From: Chrysomallon squamiferum
Taxonomy: Eukaryota; Animalia; Mollusca
Direction: 5' to 3'
Assembly (NCBI GenBank): GCA_012295275.1
Contig: CM022678.1
Location: 6,572,001 to 6,636,000 of the forward strand
DNA length: 64,000 nt
In this document: positions 1-13,099 of the stretch, in pieces
Numbering within the stretch: position 1 is the stretch's first letter
Layout: every line of letters starts with the position of its first letter
The notes under the pieces: generated by a model
The model's database searches: none
Told to the model about the DNA's origin: nothing
What the model saw: the letters and a program-made list of their open reading frames with translations, nothing else
Program-made: the position numbers and the translations under genes

Positions 1-541
1 TAATTCTCTTCAGAAAAAGAAAACGAGAAAGAAATAAAAGAAGAGATAAAGCAACAACACGAACGTCAAGAGCATTAACTTCTGACTGTGTTACTAATGG
101 TTGGTTATTTCTTTGTAACGTGATTTATTAGTTTTTTTTTATATATGACAACAACTTTAATACTGACCACGTATTTAAAAATTAATCCTGTCGGTCATTT
201 AAAAAAACTGTGGGTTTTTTTCTTATCTTTCATTGGATATTATTGCATTAACGAAATTCTAATTGGTTTTGTTGGCTGTTACACTGTTACGTGTAAATCG
301 ATCACGTGCTTAATGTGACTGACATGATTGGTTGAAACAGTTTGTATAGCGTGATACTGAGGACGAGGCTAAATTGAATGCACGTGATTCTCAGGTTAAA
401 TATAAAAAATGAAATCTGCACTATGTTAGAACAGCGGTGTTAGAAATTAATCAGTTTTGTGCTGATGTTAGAAAATTGTTCGTATTTACTCAAAGGTTGA
501 CATGCTTCTTAAAAGATTCACTATTCCTTCTGTGTTTTCAG

Positions 542-1717
542 GTATGTATTGGTGACAGAAAATCGTCAGAGTTTGTTTTAATATCACACAATTGTCAGTT
601 TTGTAGTAATCTAAGAAAATTGTCAGTTTTGTAGTAATCCTAGAAAATTGTCAGTTTTGTAGTAATCCTAGAAAATTGTCAGTTTTGTAGTAATCTTAGA
701 AAATTGTTAGTTTTCCAGAAATGTTAGAAAATTGTCAGTTTTATGGTAATCTTAGAAAATTGTCAGTTTTGCCGTAAAGTTAGAAAATCGTTAGTTTTCC
801 AGAAATGTTCGAAAATTGTCGGTTTTGTACTAATGTGGAAAAATGGTCACTTTTATAGTTAAATTCGAAAATTGTCACTTTCATAGTAATGTCACAAAGT
901 TATTAGTTTTGTACTAACGTTAGAAGGTTGTCAGTCTTGAACTAATGTTAGAAAATTGTGAGTTTTATAGTAATCTTAGAAAATTGTCAGTTTCGTAGTA
1001 ATCTTAGAAAATTGTGAATTTTGTACTAATGTTAGTTAATTCTCAGTTTTGTACTAATGTTAAAAAATTGTAAGTTTTTTACGGTTACAGAATTTGCTAG
1101 AAAATTATCATTTTTATAATAATGTTAGAAATTTACTGGTTTTGTAATAATATTAAAAAATTGTTAGTTTTGTGGTAATGATAAAAAAAAAAAAAATGGT
1201 CGTTAAATTAGATAAATAGTCATTTTTGTAGTAAACTGTGAGTTTTGTACTAATGCCAGAAAATTGTTAGTTTCATAATAATGTTAGAAATTTATCAGTT
1301 CTGTACTGATGTTAAGAAATTGTGAGAATTTGTAATAATGTTAGAAATTTATCAGTTTTGTGGTAACGTTTGAAAATTGTGAGGTTTACAGTCATTTATT
1401 ATATTACTTTACTACATTAGTCATGTGTAGACTAGTAAAACATTTTCTATAGTAATTCATTATCCTACGTTTACATCTTAGTTACCTGTAGATGCAGGAA
1501 CAACATTTTATTGTCAGTTATCATGTTAATTTACAACATAGTCATGTGTACAATAGTCAAACTCTTTGTTACGTTCATTTATTATCTTCTTTACTATTAG
1601 CAGAAATTTGTAGTCAGTAATAATTTATAAGTTTATAAAATTTACAGAACTGTTAATCAGAATAACACTACAATTAAATAATCTGAGTGATTAGTTATTT
1701 GTTGAATTTATTTCCAG
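542..1717 (+). other. Putative 5' UTR intron of GPCR copy A
   Basis: cag|gtatgt donor at 542 and tttccag acceptor at 1717; both are conserved in copy B (donor ~18598, acceptor ~18040). Confidence 0.6.
588..1382. repeat. 28-bp minisatellite (consensus ~TTAGAAAATTGTCAGTTTTGTAGTAATG) in the putative 5' UTR intron of GPCR copy A
   Basis: Roughly 25-28 degenerate units visible. Confidence 0.9.
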
Positions 1718-1741
1718 TTTGTTGTAGCGAATCTTGTGAGA

Positions 1742-2811
1742 ATGGACAACGTTACAAGACTGAATCCTGCACTGACTACTCGTGACGTCACGGGCAACGT
1801 CACAACAGTACTTCATTATACTGGTGGCATCTATCAACTGAGTGCTTCTGACGTTGCCGGCATTCACATATTTCTGATGTGTATAGATGTTCCTGCCAAC
1901 GCTTTAGTGTTTGTTCTGACGAGCGAAAATAAACTTGGTGCTCTTTCCTACCCGATTTATTTGAATTTTCTGGCTCTTTCTGACAGCCTCGTTCTCATAA
2001 CCAAAGGATATGATGCTATTATGTCTTTGCCTATGATAAACTTTCCAGATATCTACGAAAATATTCCATGTTGGCTGCGGTGTGTTTTCGTCAAGTTTCC
2101 GATCATTACGTCACCGTGGTTGCTGGTTGGTCTCTCGCTGGACAGATGCATTTGTATTTGTCACCCAATGATACGAGAAAAATTCTGTACGCGCCGCAAA
2201 GCGTATTTCTTCTGTTGTTGCGTTCTCGCGGTCTCCCTGTTGATCACTTCGCGATACATAGCAGATGACTACCCAGATTACGTGTTCAGTCAGTGTTACC
2301 TTAAAAATTCAAGTTTCCAGAGTCTACACGTCACCGCAACATTCTTTGGTGATCTGCCATGCTTTTTTTAGAAACAGTGAAGGTCTATCACATCATCATT
2401 CGAATCTTGGCCGGGCCCATTCCTTGTTTGTTTCTTTTCGTTCTAAACGTACGAATAATTGTGTACATCCAAAAGAGTAATCGTTTCAGAAACAAATGTT
2501 CCTTAGAATCCACCCAGGGAAAGATCAGTTTCAAACAAACAAAGTCATGGCCATCACTGCTAGTTAGCTTTTGCGCTCTAGTTACGTTGTTACCAATATC
2601 TGTCTGGGAATGTGTCTACTTGTATATCCCAGGCGATGATACCACTTGGGCACATCTTATGAATGCCAGATATACCTTTCTTACAATCTATACGTTCAAT
2701 TTTGCACAGAAATTTTTCATATTGCTTGCAAGTTCAGCTAACTACCGTCACATCCTCAAAACCAAATTGCGATGTTGCTGTGCTCCTTGGAGAAGAAATG
2801 CACCTAATTAA
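1742..2811 (+). CDS. Class A (rhodopsin-like) 7TM GPCR, FMRFamide/peptide-receptor-like or chemoreceptor-like, copy A; split by a 1-bp deletion at ~2363-2369 (about 356 aa if repaired)
   Basis: ORFs 1736-2371 and 2359-2811 join into one 7TM protein: TM1 (IDVPANAL), TM2 (FLALSDSLVL), TM3 (LVGLSLDRCICICHP), TM5 (AGPIPCL), TM6 (VTLLP), TM7 (NFAQKFFIL). ATG at 1742 follows a tttccag acceptor. Copy B reads through the break point in frame (CFLLETV). Confidence 0.85.
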
Positions 2812-2910
2812 AATTTGTAAAAATCACAAATGAAACTTAATTAGTTAATATCAAAGATGAAGCTTTCTCTGCTATCGAAGATTAAAAAATGTTACATTTA
2901 TGTTATGGAA

Positions 2911-2961
<51 letters not shown>

Positions 2962-4604
2962 TTTAAAATAAATGAATTTGACACAGCTTTGAAACATCTT
3001 CAAGACAAGAGGGAAACAGTTTTATCGCTTTATACGTGAAAAGTTATCGTCGAAAAAGTAAAAAAAACCTGAAATGCAAATCAACATTAATGTGTATTAA
3101 CGAATTACAGGCTGACAGAGTAAATTAAGACTTTGAAATTAAAAATTTGTATTGATCAGTTATAAAGCGAAACAATCTCATCAACAACGTAAATATAACG
3201 CTGAAACTAAAATAAAAATAATAACAGTAACACTAAAAATAAAAAGTGTTTTTTACTACTGGAAAGTTACCATTGCGAAATTATTTTCTTCAGACTATAA
3301 AACAAATCGCTGAAACAAATGTGAAATCAAATGTAAATTGAAAGGTTACGGCGAATAAAGACGCCTCCAAGCGTATATAAAAGATCGGTCTTGCCAACGG
3401 TCATTTCAACATATTGTGTGTAAGATATAAGCCATACAGATGAATACAATGTATACAAGAGATCAGCGGGACAACAGATTATTGTAAAGAACGTAAAAGA
3501 TAAGCGAAACAAAATGACTCTTGAACGTGTACAAAACGTGTACTATAGAACATATTATTTCAACGTGCATAAGAAGCGAGCCTTTACAGCTTGTAAGCTC
3601 AGCTTATGAAAGAGCTTTTCTTCACACTAGATGATATCAGTGTACATAAGATGTGAGCCTTTACAGCTGATCAGGGAAATGGTGAGAAAATGAAAACGTT
3701 TTTGAAGAAGTGTTGACAAAGTGAACGGTAGTCATATTAATCTGTCGTGAATCAATCTGAGGGAGGAAACGTAATGTCTGGTGTATTCAAGATTTGAATT
3801 CTGTCTAATCTTTCAAGAGAATACGTGACATTGTGATTACTGAAATGAATTTGATGAAATTGAAAAACAGATCAATTTATAATCATGATTTGAGAAACAT
3901 TCTGAATACCAGTCTTGGTATCCAACTCACTCTGACTGATCAAACGTCTTAGTTTTTCTTAAAAATAAAAATAATGAAAACTGTTGACGATTTCTAAACG
4001 TCACATGAAAAAATTTATTAACATTTTCCCCTGTAGTCAGACAGTTTTAACAGTTCGAATCTCGCAGTTTCATCATGCAACATTTTTCACCTATCAAAAG
4101 CAACTGAGGATCATGTTTATATTTGGATTAATATTCCAAGTGAAATACATGTTGTTGTTTTTTTTTTTAATTTGTATAACATAAAAATAAGTAAATGCTT
4201 AATTATGTGTCTTAGATACTTTTTATTTAATGTATATTTTGTATTTAATAATTACATTATGAACAAATAATTAATATGTAACTTAATGTGTTGTGCAGTT
4301 TCTATCTATAATGTATATAATGTTTTGTATAAATTACAATCTGATAAGATGTTTTGTATAAATTACAAACTGTCATAAATAACTGTACACATAACATTAC
4401 GAAAGAGTCTTCCAAAAATAATATTTTATACGATTTTTGCCGTTGAATGACTTTTAATCTTTAATAACAAACAATAACAATTTTTTCGTATGTTAACTCA
4501 AAATTATACTGAAAATCTCAAGTTCTTTTTCATTCTTGTCTTTCTTTTTCTTCTGTTTTTTTCTTTTGTTTCATTTTTTTTGTCTTTTTTTTGTTTGTTT
4601 TTTT

Positions 4605-4845
4605 CCATTTCTAATTAATATACGAAGTATAGAAACAAAAGAGTAAAGATAAAAATGTGTGGGTTCAGCCATTTTCTGTAGTTGTGACGTCATTACATAT
4701 AGGGCGGATTGATAGTTATTGAAACCAATGCAAACTGGTACTTCCGCTATGCGATGACGTCACGACTACAGAAAAATGGCGCAGCTCAAATGTCTTTATT
4801 TGTATAGTTTCGTTTCTATATATCCTTATAAACTAAATCTAGACG
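4605..4845. mobile_element. Imperfect palindrome / MITE-like fold-back element
   Basis: gccattttctgtagttgtgacgtcat (4668-4693) is the near-perfect reverse complement of atgacgtcacgactacagaaaaatggc (4754-4780); weaker arm similarity (tatagaaac / gtttctata) extends outward. Confidence 0.55.
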
Positions 4846-4878
4846 TATACAACAATAAATGTTTTTAAATGACATCAC

Positions 4879-4954
<76 letters not shown>

Positions 4955-5154
4955 TTTTATTTTATTTTATTTTATTTTTTTTTTTTTGAAAATCATTGTT
5001 GTGAAGAAAATTCATCATGTTTCTTCTTTTTTCTTTTCTTTCTTTTCTACGCATTTAGCTGTTCTGTTCACTATACTAAAATCATTAGACATGTAATGTT
5101 TTTAAATGACATCACTGACTTGAAATACTTCATAAATATTAACTTGTTGGCTAT

Positions 5155-5187
<33 letters not shown>

Positions 5188-5857
5188 TATAATTATTATT
5201 ATTAATATTATTATTTATTTATTTTATTTTATTTTAGTTTATGTTATTTATTTATTAATTTATTTTATTTTATTTTAGTTTTTTTTTTTTTAATTTTTTT
5301 GAAATTCATTATGAGAAGGAGAATCTAATATTCAGAATCTAGAACATAATTTAATAATTCTTCTCCTGTTTTTCTCTTGAAACAATTTCAGTATAAACAT
5401 AATGAAAAATATCAACGGTTTTAATTATTATTATTGTTGTTGTTGTTGTTGTTGTTGTTGTTATCATTATGCTCTATTTTACTGTTATTTGTTGTCGTTT
5501 CAAGAGAAGACAATCTATAAATTTTCATTTTATTTGTAAAGTGCTTATTAAGTTTCCCACGCAAAACAACTTCACTCTCATCTGAACAATTAATAAATGT
5601 TTGCATTTTCTTTCTTTTTTTTTTTCTTTTTTTTTTTCTGTTCTGTTCTGTTCACTTAATAAAACCATTACACTTCACTTTGTTATGTTTAATTAATAAT
5701 CGTTAATGCTAAACTTATTTTTATAGTGTCTTTGCATGTTCTCTTGACATCTATGAAATATTTTAATAAATTTATGCTAAATAGTAATAACAGGGATAAC
5801 AATGATGATGATAATAATAATAGTGATAATAATGATGATGATGATGGTAATAATAAT

Positions 5858-5936
<79 letters not shown>

Positions 5937-8022
5937 GTAACAGTAACAATAATATTAATGAAAGACGTTTGGCATCAATAAGCTATTTATTAGATATTTG
6001 TTTTCTTGGAAATTATTTTTTTTTTTTTTCAAGAACTAAAACTATATGGTTTTTTTTATTTTTCTTGAAATTTTAATAAAATTTTTATTCATAGAAATTT
6101 CATTTGTATTTTTTCAAAAGTCAAATAAATGAAGCTCCTTTTTCTTCGTTTCTTCTTTTTTATTCATTTACTTTTCAACTGTACTGAGTGGAAAATACAA
6201 CAGATTTGTGCTGTACTACACGAATGTTCTCGCAGACGACAGAAATCTATTTTAAGACAATAACTCACAATGGTTCAGAGTTACCTCACCCTTGACTTCC
6301 TTGCTACGTCATCAGTGCCAATGATCCTTTCCTAAATATTCCATAAAATTGTAAAGAACTTATTTACGATGAAAAATAGGTGCAACTGCTTATGATACAA
6401 TACCAGTGGCTGAAAAACAATTATCAAATTAAGAAATATATATATATATATAATTATTAACAAACAACAACTTAGAGAAAAACAATACAAGTCTTATTAT
6501 CAACTTAAAAAGAACTTTCATCAATCAATATAAAAACAAGAATGTCATCAGAAATTTAAAAGTTACTTTGATCAACAATTTAAGAAATTTCATCAACAGT
6601 TTAAGGACAACTTGAATCAACAATTTGAAAATAACATTAAAAAAAAAAAAAAAAAAAAAAAATTTAGAAACTTTCATCAACAGTTTAAACATAACCAATG
6701 TTTGTGTGTGTATATTGATATAGACAGACAGACAGACAGGTAGACAGACAGGCAGATAGATAGATAGACAAACAATTAAATTCAGAGGTATTTAATGTTG
6801 ATAAATATATACGTTCACTCAATAATAAAATAACGTATCATAGTGGGAAAACTAATTTTCTTCGTCCTGTTATGAAATTTTGGCTCAGCTGTAGTGAGAT
6901 GGCAGACCGTACACCACAGCCAGTTGTGTAATGATTTACCACGGTTAGGATGACTGTATAATGGGACAGCGACAAGAATTGGTGAGCGATATAAAAAAGA
7001 CAGTTTTGTTTCTTTTTTCTAATTGATTCTCGAGTAAAAAACAACAACTGAAAGCATCATTAACTAGTTATAATTAACTATACTGTAACTCTGAATTAAA
7101 AAAGGTCTCATTCTTTGAAGTTATTCAGTGTTATGCGAGTTTGAAAAAAAACCGATAGAATTCTTTGAAGACTTGAGTGCATTACTCTTTGATGAAATGA
7201 AGAAAAAAAAAAAAACGAAATTGTTAATGATAGTTAATTTAGACAGAGTGTGGTAGTTTTAATTTGATGATGACGTATTTGAAAACGGGTGTGGTGCCGC
7301 CACCCACAAAGTTCTGAATCACTGTTCTAAGTTTGCAACAGTGTTTCTCTCGCAGAAAATAAAAATAAAAAATAAAATAAAAGATAATATGCTTGATATG
7401 AAATACTGTTAATGTAAAAAGCATGTTGAAAAGTCGATACATTTCATAAACCTTTTTTTGTTTTTTTTGGTTTTAACGAATGTCTACAAGTTATATTTGT
7501 TACAATAAATAATGAATATATGGCAGTTTGCTGTTAATATTTGGTCTGTATTTTCAAAAGTTTTTTTCACGTAAGCGCTACCAAAATAACAAATATTTAT
7601 CGTTTGCTCGCAAACATTAAAAACATTTTTATATTTTGATTCACAGTTTCCCGATGGGTTGGGTTATTTGTTATATTTTTTAAAATAATAATATTTAACT
7701 TTCATAATTTTTAATTATTTAATTTTTATTTGTTTTATAATTTTATTTATTTATTTATTTATTTTTATTTTTATTTTCTTGTTTTTACGAAACTAATCTT
7801 TTGTTGACGCTTTATCTCAAGCTGAAGTAGCGGGTTTCCAAATGACGTCAATCAATTGTTGACGTCATAATTCGTGGCGTTAATCGAATAACGACGAGGT
7901 AAGAAATATTGATTATCGTTAATTCCCTTTTTCTTGATCTTTAAATCAGCTGGATTTCAGATTATAGACTACTAGTACTACTACTACTAATGATGATGAT
8001 GATGATGATGATCATTATAATG

Positions 8023-8077
<55 letters not shown>

Positions 8078-8132
8078 GTAGTAGTACCAGTGATAGTATT
8101 AGTACTATAATTAGGAGCTGTAATCATCATCA

Positions 8133-8236
<104 letters not shown>

Positions 8237-9078
8237 GCATACCAAGCAAAGATGTCCAAACCACCACTTTACATATTAATGGGAAACTGATTTTTTCTGT
8301 TCTCTGTTACGTAATATTCTTGCAGATGTTTTGCGTCAGAACTGCAGCTACTTGTATGATGACATGCCACGGAGAAACAAGCGCGGGCGGGGGGGGGGGA
8401 GGGGCGGATAATCGGAGAGATACAAAAATATGGGTTGAACAGCATGGCACTGAACTAACTATATCGTTATCGTAATTTGACGACGGCGTAAACAGTAAAG
8501 CGATACTACCGATAAAAATTTGTTCACTTTAGGAATCTGCACAAACAATAATTGCAGGTAGTTTTCGTTGTAGTTGCGACAGAAGAATTAATACTTTGTG
8601 CGTGTGTGTGTGTGTGTGTGTGTGTTTGTTTCTCTGTGTGTGTGTATGTGTGTGTATGGGGGCATGCGTGTGTGGGGGCATTTGATGTGTTCGTGAAATT
8701 TTCACTGGGAAGTGTGGAGAATAGACATGCAGTACAAACACCTATAATGTAAACGATAACTGAATTATTATTAAAACACACACACAGACACACACACACT
8801 CTCTCTCTCTCTCTCTCTATCCATGCACAAAAAGGTATGCTACATAAATTGTGTTTCTTTTGTTATTCACAGCTAAACGATGTCGCTCTGTGTCAGAGAA
8901 CTCGGAAGGAAAAGACATCTTGAGTAACATGACTTGTAACTTCGTGTCCTCGCTTCTGGTGTATCTGTGGATTTCTGTCTGTACAAACACATACGTATGT
9001 AGGCGTAATGTTGTGGCGTATCTGTTTGTCTCTCTGTGTGTGTGTGTGTCTGTGTGTGTATGTTTCTCAGTCTGTATT

Positions 9079-9121
<43 letters not shown>

Positions 9122-9200
9122 ATGTATGTATCTAGTATATGTATGTATTATGTGTCTCAGTATGTTACTGTCTGTCTTTGTGTATGTGTGTGTGTATATA

Positions 9201-9236
<36 letters not shown>

Positions 9237-9275
9237 TGTATATGTATTATGTGTCTCAGTATGTGACTGTCTGTG

Positions 9276-9324
<49 letters not shown>

Positions 9325-9742
9325 ATGTGCATGTTTGTGTGTTGTGTTTATATATTTATAATGTGTAAGAAAAAAACTATCGGATTTTTTTCTTCTTTTT
9401 TTTTTTCTTTTTTCTTTTACGTCAACTGCATCGAATATTGAAGAATTATTTTAATTACAGTACATTTATTTTATTTTGTTACAGTCTTACTGTTACTCGT
9501 TAAAACATCTATATGAAATGTATTTACTTGTTGGGTTTTTTTTTATTATTAATATTATTTACTGCTTTCATATGTTAGTTTTTCCAGTAATTTTTTTTTT
9601 TTTTTTTTTTATAAATCGTACTGTTATTATTAATACAGCCGCTGTTGTTAGTGTTGTTGTTGTTATCATCATTTATTTACGTATTTATTATTTATATGTT
9701 CTTGTTCCTGTTAATATATATGTGTGTGGATGTGTGTGGGTG

Positions 9743-9781
<39 letters not shown>

Positions 9782-10396
9782 TGTGTGTGTCTATCTCTAT
9801 CTATAGGTCTAGTTTTTTTTTTGAAAGCATGTTAGTGATATTTAAATTAATTTTTTTAATAATAATAATAGTAATAATAAAGATGATGATGATGATGATG
9901 ATGATGATAATAATAAACAAATAAACAATAAAATAAACAAAAGAAGAAACACAAAACGAATCAGTGATACGCCAATTTCACCAAATATTAAAAAATCTTT
10001 TGCATATTGAATCAGTTCCAATCAGGAATACATAAAAAAAAAAAAAAAAAACCGCTAAATAACAACATCTACAAATCAATTCATACGTGTCATAATTTAT
10101 TATCAACAAAGGTTGGTATACCGTTACAGTTAATCACTTCGAACCATAATAAAAAAATCATTTTTAGGCCATGTTAGGAAGTTTGGTAACACAAGATAAT
10201 CGTACGCACGAACGCGCGTACACACACACACTACAACACTACACACACACACATACCCTCACTTTTAACAACACCTCCAAAACGACGTATTCTGTATGCA
10301 TCTTGACTAGATCCTAAAATTCCTTTTTTTTTGTTTTTTTTTGTTTTTCTTTTCTACTTGGCAGTTGTCGTAGTCGCGGTGGTCGCGGTGGTCGCA

Positions 10397-11662
10397 CTAT
10401 CGACAGGTGAGTCTCTTGAAAAGCCGCGAACATTCCCGACGGAACCGCGTGTTGCAGAACCCGTATATGAGCGGGTTGACGGTGTTGCTGATGAGGTAGG
10501 ATCTGACGAACAGGTTCACGGCCACGCTCTCCGTTTCGCTCAGCTTGGCGAACCAGGCGAGGCCGTAGTGAACCCGTATGATGGACAGGACGAGGTAAGG
10601 GACGAAGCTGACGATAAAAACGAGGGTGATGAAAAACAACGTCACCGTCGCCTTCCCCGCCTGCATTCCGGACTTGCTGATGTTCAGCGTCATCAGGGTC
10701 CCCCAGCACCGGCGGCTTCGTTTTTCCGGAGACTTCGCGGACTCGGCTGTTTCCGTCTTCTCGAAGACCTCGTCGCTCGAAGAGTTCGTGCCGACCGGAG
10801 ACGAAGCGCTCGTGGACTCGCTTTCGGTGGTCTCCGACGGGTTTTCCGCGACTTCGGGTCTGAGCGTGTTTTTCTTGGTGAACGAGCACTGTCTGTCTCG
10901 CCTCACTTTCCTCATCCAAATCTTCGCGCCAATGATGACGTACAGAACGACCAAAGCGGCAACAACCGATAAGAAACCCACCCACAGGTACGTGTAGTAC
11001 GCCAGTAGGTACCAGGTGTCGTCCATCTTGTTCTCGATGTTGCACATGACCAGTTCGATTTCTCCGAGCCTCGTTTTGATCGCTCTGACGTAGTTTCCGT
11101 ACAGAATGAGGCTCGGCCAGGAGACGGCTATTCCAATCACTATGGCAACACAGCAAGCGATTTTCGCGCCTCTGTACGAAAACGACCGTCTCGTGGGCAG
11201 ACATATTTTGATGTATCTGTCGACGGCTATAATCAGGAGCACCATGGCGGAGTTGTTGTTCATCCAGAATGTCGAGCACCGCGACACTTTGCAGAAGATC
11301 GGGTGGTCGAAGTAATAGAAGTTGTACATGACTGCCAGTTCGGTGGGCATGGTGATGACGCAGTTGACGAGGTCGAAAACGGCGAGGGTGGACACGAAGA
11401 AGCGCGTCGGGGTCCGGCTCCACCGGAAGTTGTAGATGTAGATCACGAGAGAGTTTCCCAGAATTCCTATCGCCATCATCACGGCGGTGTAGACGATTGG
11501 AATAATCAGCTTCCTGGCCTCTCTGGCGTTCAGATCGTAGAGGAATTTTTCGGACAGCCCGGTCGCGGTTTTGCTGAAGTTGGACATCGTTGATATCGTC
11601 GTCGTCCCTAGGCTCACGGCGTGGACGTCGACGTCGTTAACAGTCGTGTCGGTTGTGGTCAT
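10397..11662 (-). CDS. Intact class A GPCR with a single coding exon, peptide-receptor-like (CCK/orexin-receptor-like orphan type), 421 aa
   Basis: Seven hydrophobic segments; TM1 GILGN, TM2 LAVFD, TM3 CK...DRY, TM6 SFVP, TM7 NPLIY, helix 8 FRRE; N-terminal NFS sequon; Ser/Thr/Glu-rich ICL3; GC-rich codon usage against an AT-rich background. Confidence 0.95.
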   Translation of the reverse strand: MTTTDTTVNDVDVHAVSLGTTTISTMSNFSKTATGLSEKFLYDLNAREARKLIIPIVYTAVMMAIGILGNSLVIYIYNFRWSRTPTRFFVSTLAVFDLVNCVITMPTELAVMYNFYYFDHPIFCKVSRCSTFWMNNNSAMVLLIIAVDRYIKICLPTRRSFSYRGAKIACCVAIVIGIAVSWPSLILYGNYVRAIKTRLGEIELVMCNIENKMDDTWYLLAYYTYLWVGFLSVVAALVVLYVIIGAKIWMRKVRRDRQCSFTKKNTLRPEVAENPSETTESESTSASSPVGTNSSSDEVFEKTETAESAKSPEKRSRRCWGTLMTLNISKSGMQAGKATVTLFFITLVFIVSFVPYLVLSIIRVHYGLAWFAKLSETESVAVNLFVRSYLISNTVNPLIYGFCNTRFRRECSRLFKRLTCR

Positions 11663-11744
11663 AATTTTCTTCTTTGAATTCGTTTTAATTTTGTCTCTGT
11701 TTTCTCCTTGCGTGTTGTGTTTCGAACAAGTTTTCTTGTTTTGT

Positions 11745-12010
11745 TTGTTTCCCTAAATTCGCGTTGTACCAGTTTCAACTGAAATCAGGAGACGAAACAA
11801 AATTTAAAACAGAGAGACTGACTGTGTGCGTATGTGTGTGTGTGTGTGTGTGTGCGTGTTCTCGTCCTTATTTTGTGTTTTGCTAGTCGTTTTTTTATGT
11901 GTTTTTTTTTATTTTAACTGTGTTTTGTTCGTTCCCCCAAATTCTCGTTTTACCAGTTTCAACTGAAATAAGGAGTCGAAACAAAATTTAAAACAGAGGG
12001 AGTGAACTCG
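11745..12010. repeat. Two-copy direct repeat (period ~182 bp) containing the putative splice acceptor upstream of the central GPCR
   Basis: aaattc.cgtt.taccagtttcaactgaaat.aggag.cgaaacaaaatttaaaacagag at ~11755 and ~11938. Confidence 0.8.
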
Positions 12011-12143
12011 GTGTGTATGGGTGTGTTTGTGTGCCTGAACGTGCGTCTGGGTGCCTGAGTGTATGCGTGTGAGTGTGAATGTGCGTGAATGTCTGTGCTG
12101 TTAAATCGGTAATAATATTTACATTTTTTTTCTTTCTATTCAT

Positions 12144-12203
<60 letters not shown>

Positions 12204-12585
12204 GTCTGTCTGTCTTCATATATATATAGGTAGGCGTCACCGATGAAACTATATTTACTTGGATACATTATTTACCTACATAACGTTAATGTGTATATTT
12301 ATTTTAATACATTTATAAATAATAAAGAATTATTTTGTTTTATAATTTTTTTTTGTAAAATAAAAACAGTAATTAAAATAATTAAAATAAATAAATAAAT
12401 AAATACGAACTTATTGTCACTGTTGTTCATATAAGATGTCGTCATTTCTCCATTATCGACTGATAACTACTGAAACAATTTTAACAAGTCATTTCCTTAC
12501 AAGATCGTGAACATAATATATACACATTCATACATTACACATAAATACACACGTACAGACATAAACACATGTATTCTCTCTCTCT

Positions 12586-12620
<35 letters not shown>

Positions 12621-12636
12621 GTGTATATATTCATAC

Positions 12637-12676
<40 letters not shown>

Positions 12677-13099
12677 AATAAATAAATACGTGTCGTCTCC
12701 TTGTATGTTACTGACCAAAAAACAGAAAAATATCAGACTCGTTTCTACTTAATGTATACTGACCAAAAAAGAAACAGACAAAAGAAACTCCTCAAAAAAA
12801 AAAAAAATATGAACGAACAGACTTAAAAAGCATCAAAAAAAAAAAAAAAATAAAATAAAGGGATAAAGAAATATCATTAACATAATTTTTTTTATCTATA
12901 TTTCTTTTGGATTTTCTGTTGTTTTTTGGATTTTAAACAATTTTTTTAATTATTTCTCGGACTAATAATTTATTCTTATTTACCTGTTCGAGCTAGGGAT
13001 ACATACAAAGAAACATACATACGTACATACGTACCTACCTACCTATCTACATACATACATACATACATACATACATACATACATACAAACATACATACA

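Larger units (their letters stand above)
160..6700 (+). repeat. Left arm of a large inverted segmental duplication
   Basis: Reverse-complement matches read by eye: 1385-2915 vs 18355-16800; 3385-4495 vs 16785-15600; 5706-6420 vs 15600-14890; weaker similarity out to ~160 vs ~18920 and ~6700 vs ~14620. Confidence 0.9.

Noticed and set aside
588-1382. 28-bp array (and the 32-bp and 95-bp arrays) as possible CRISPR arrays
   Set aside because: Head-to-tail units without unique spacers, no cas genes, eukaryotic intronic context.
10314-11423. 369-aa alternative-frame ORF and antisense ORFs over the central GPCR
   Set aside because: Expected by-product of high GC3 codon usage; no recognisable motifs.
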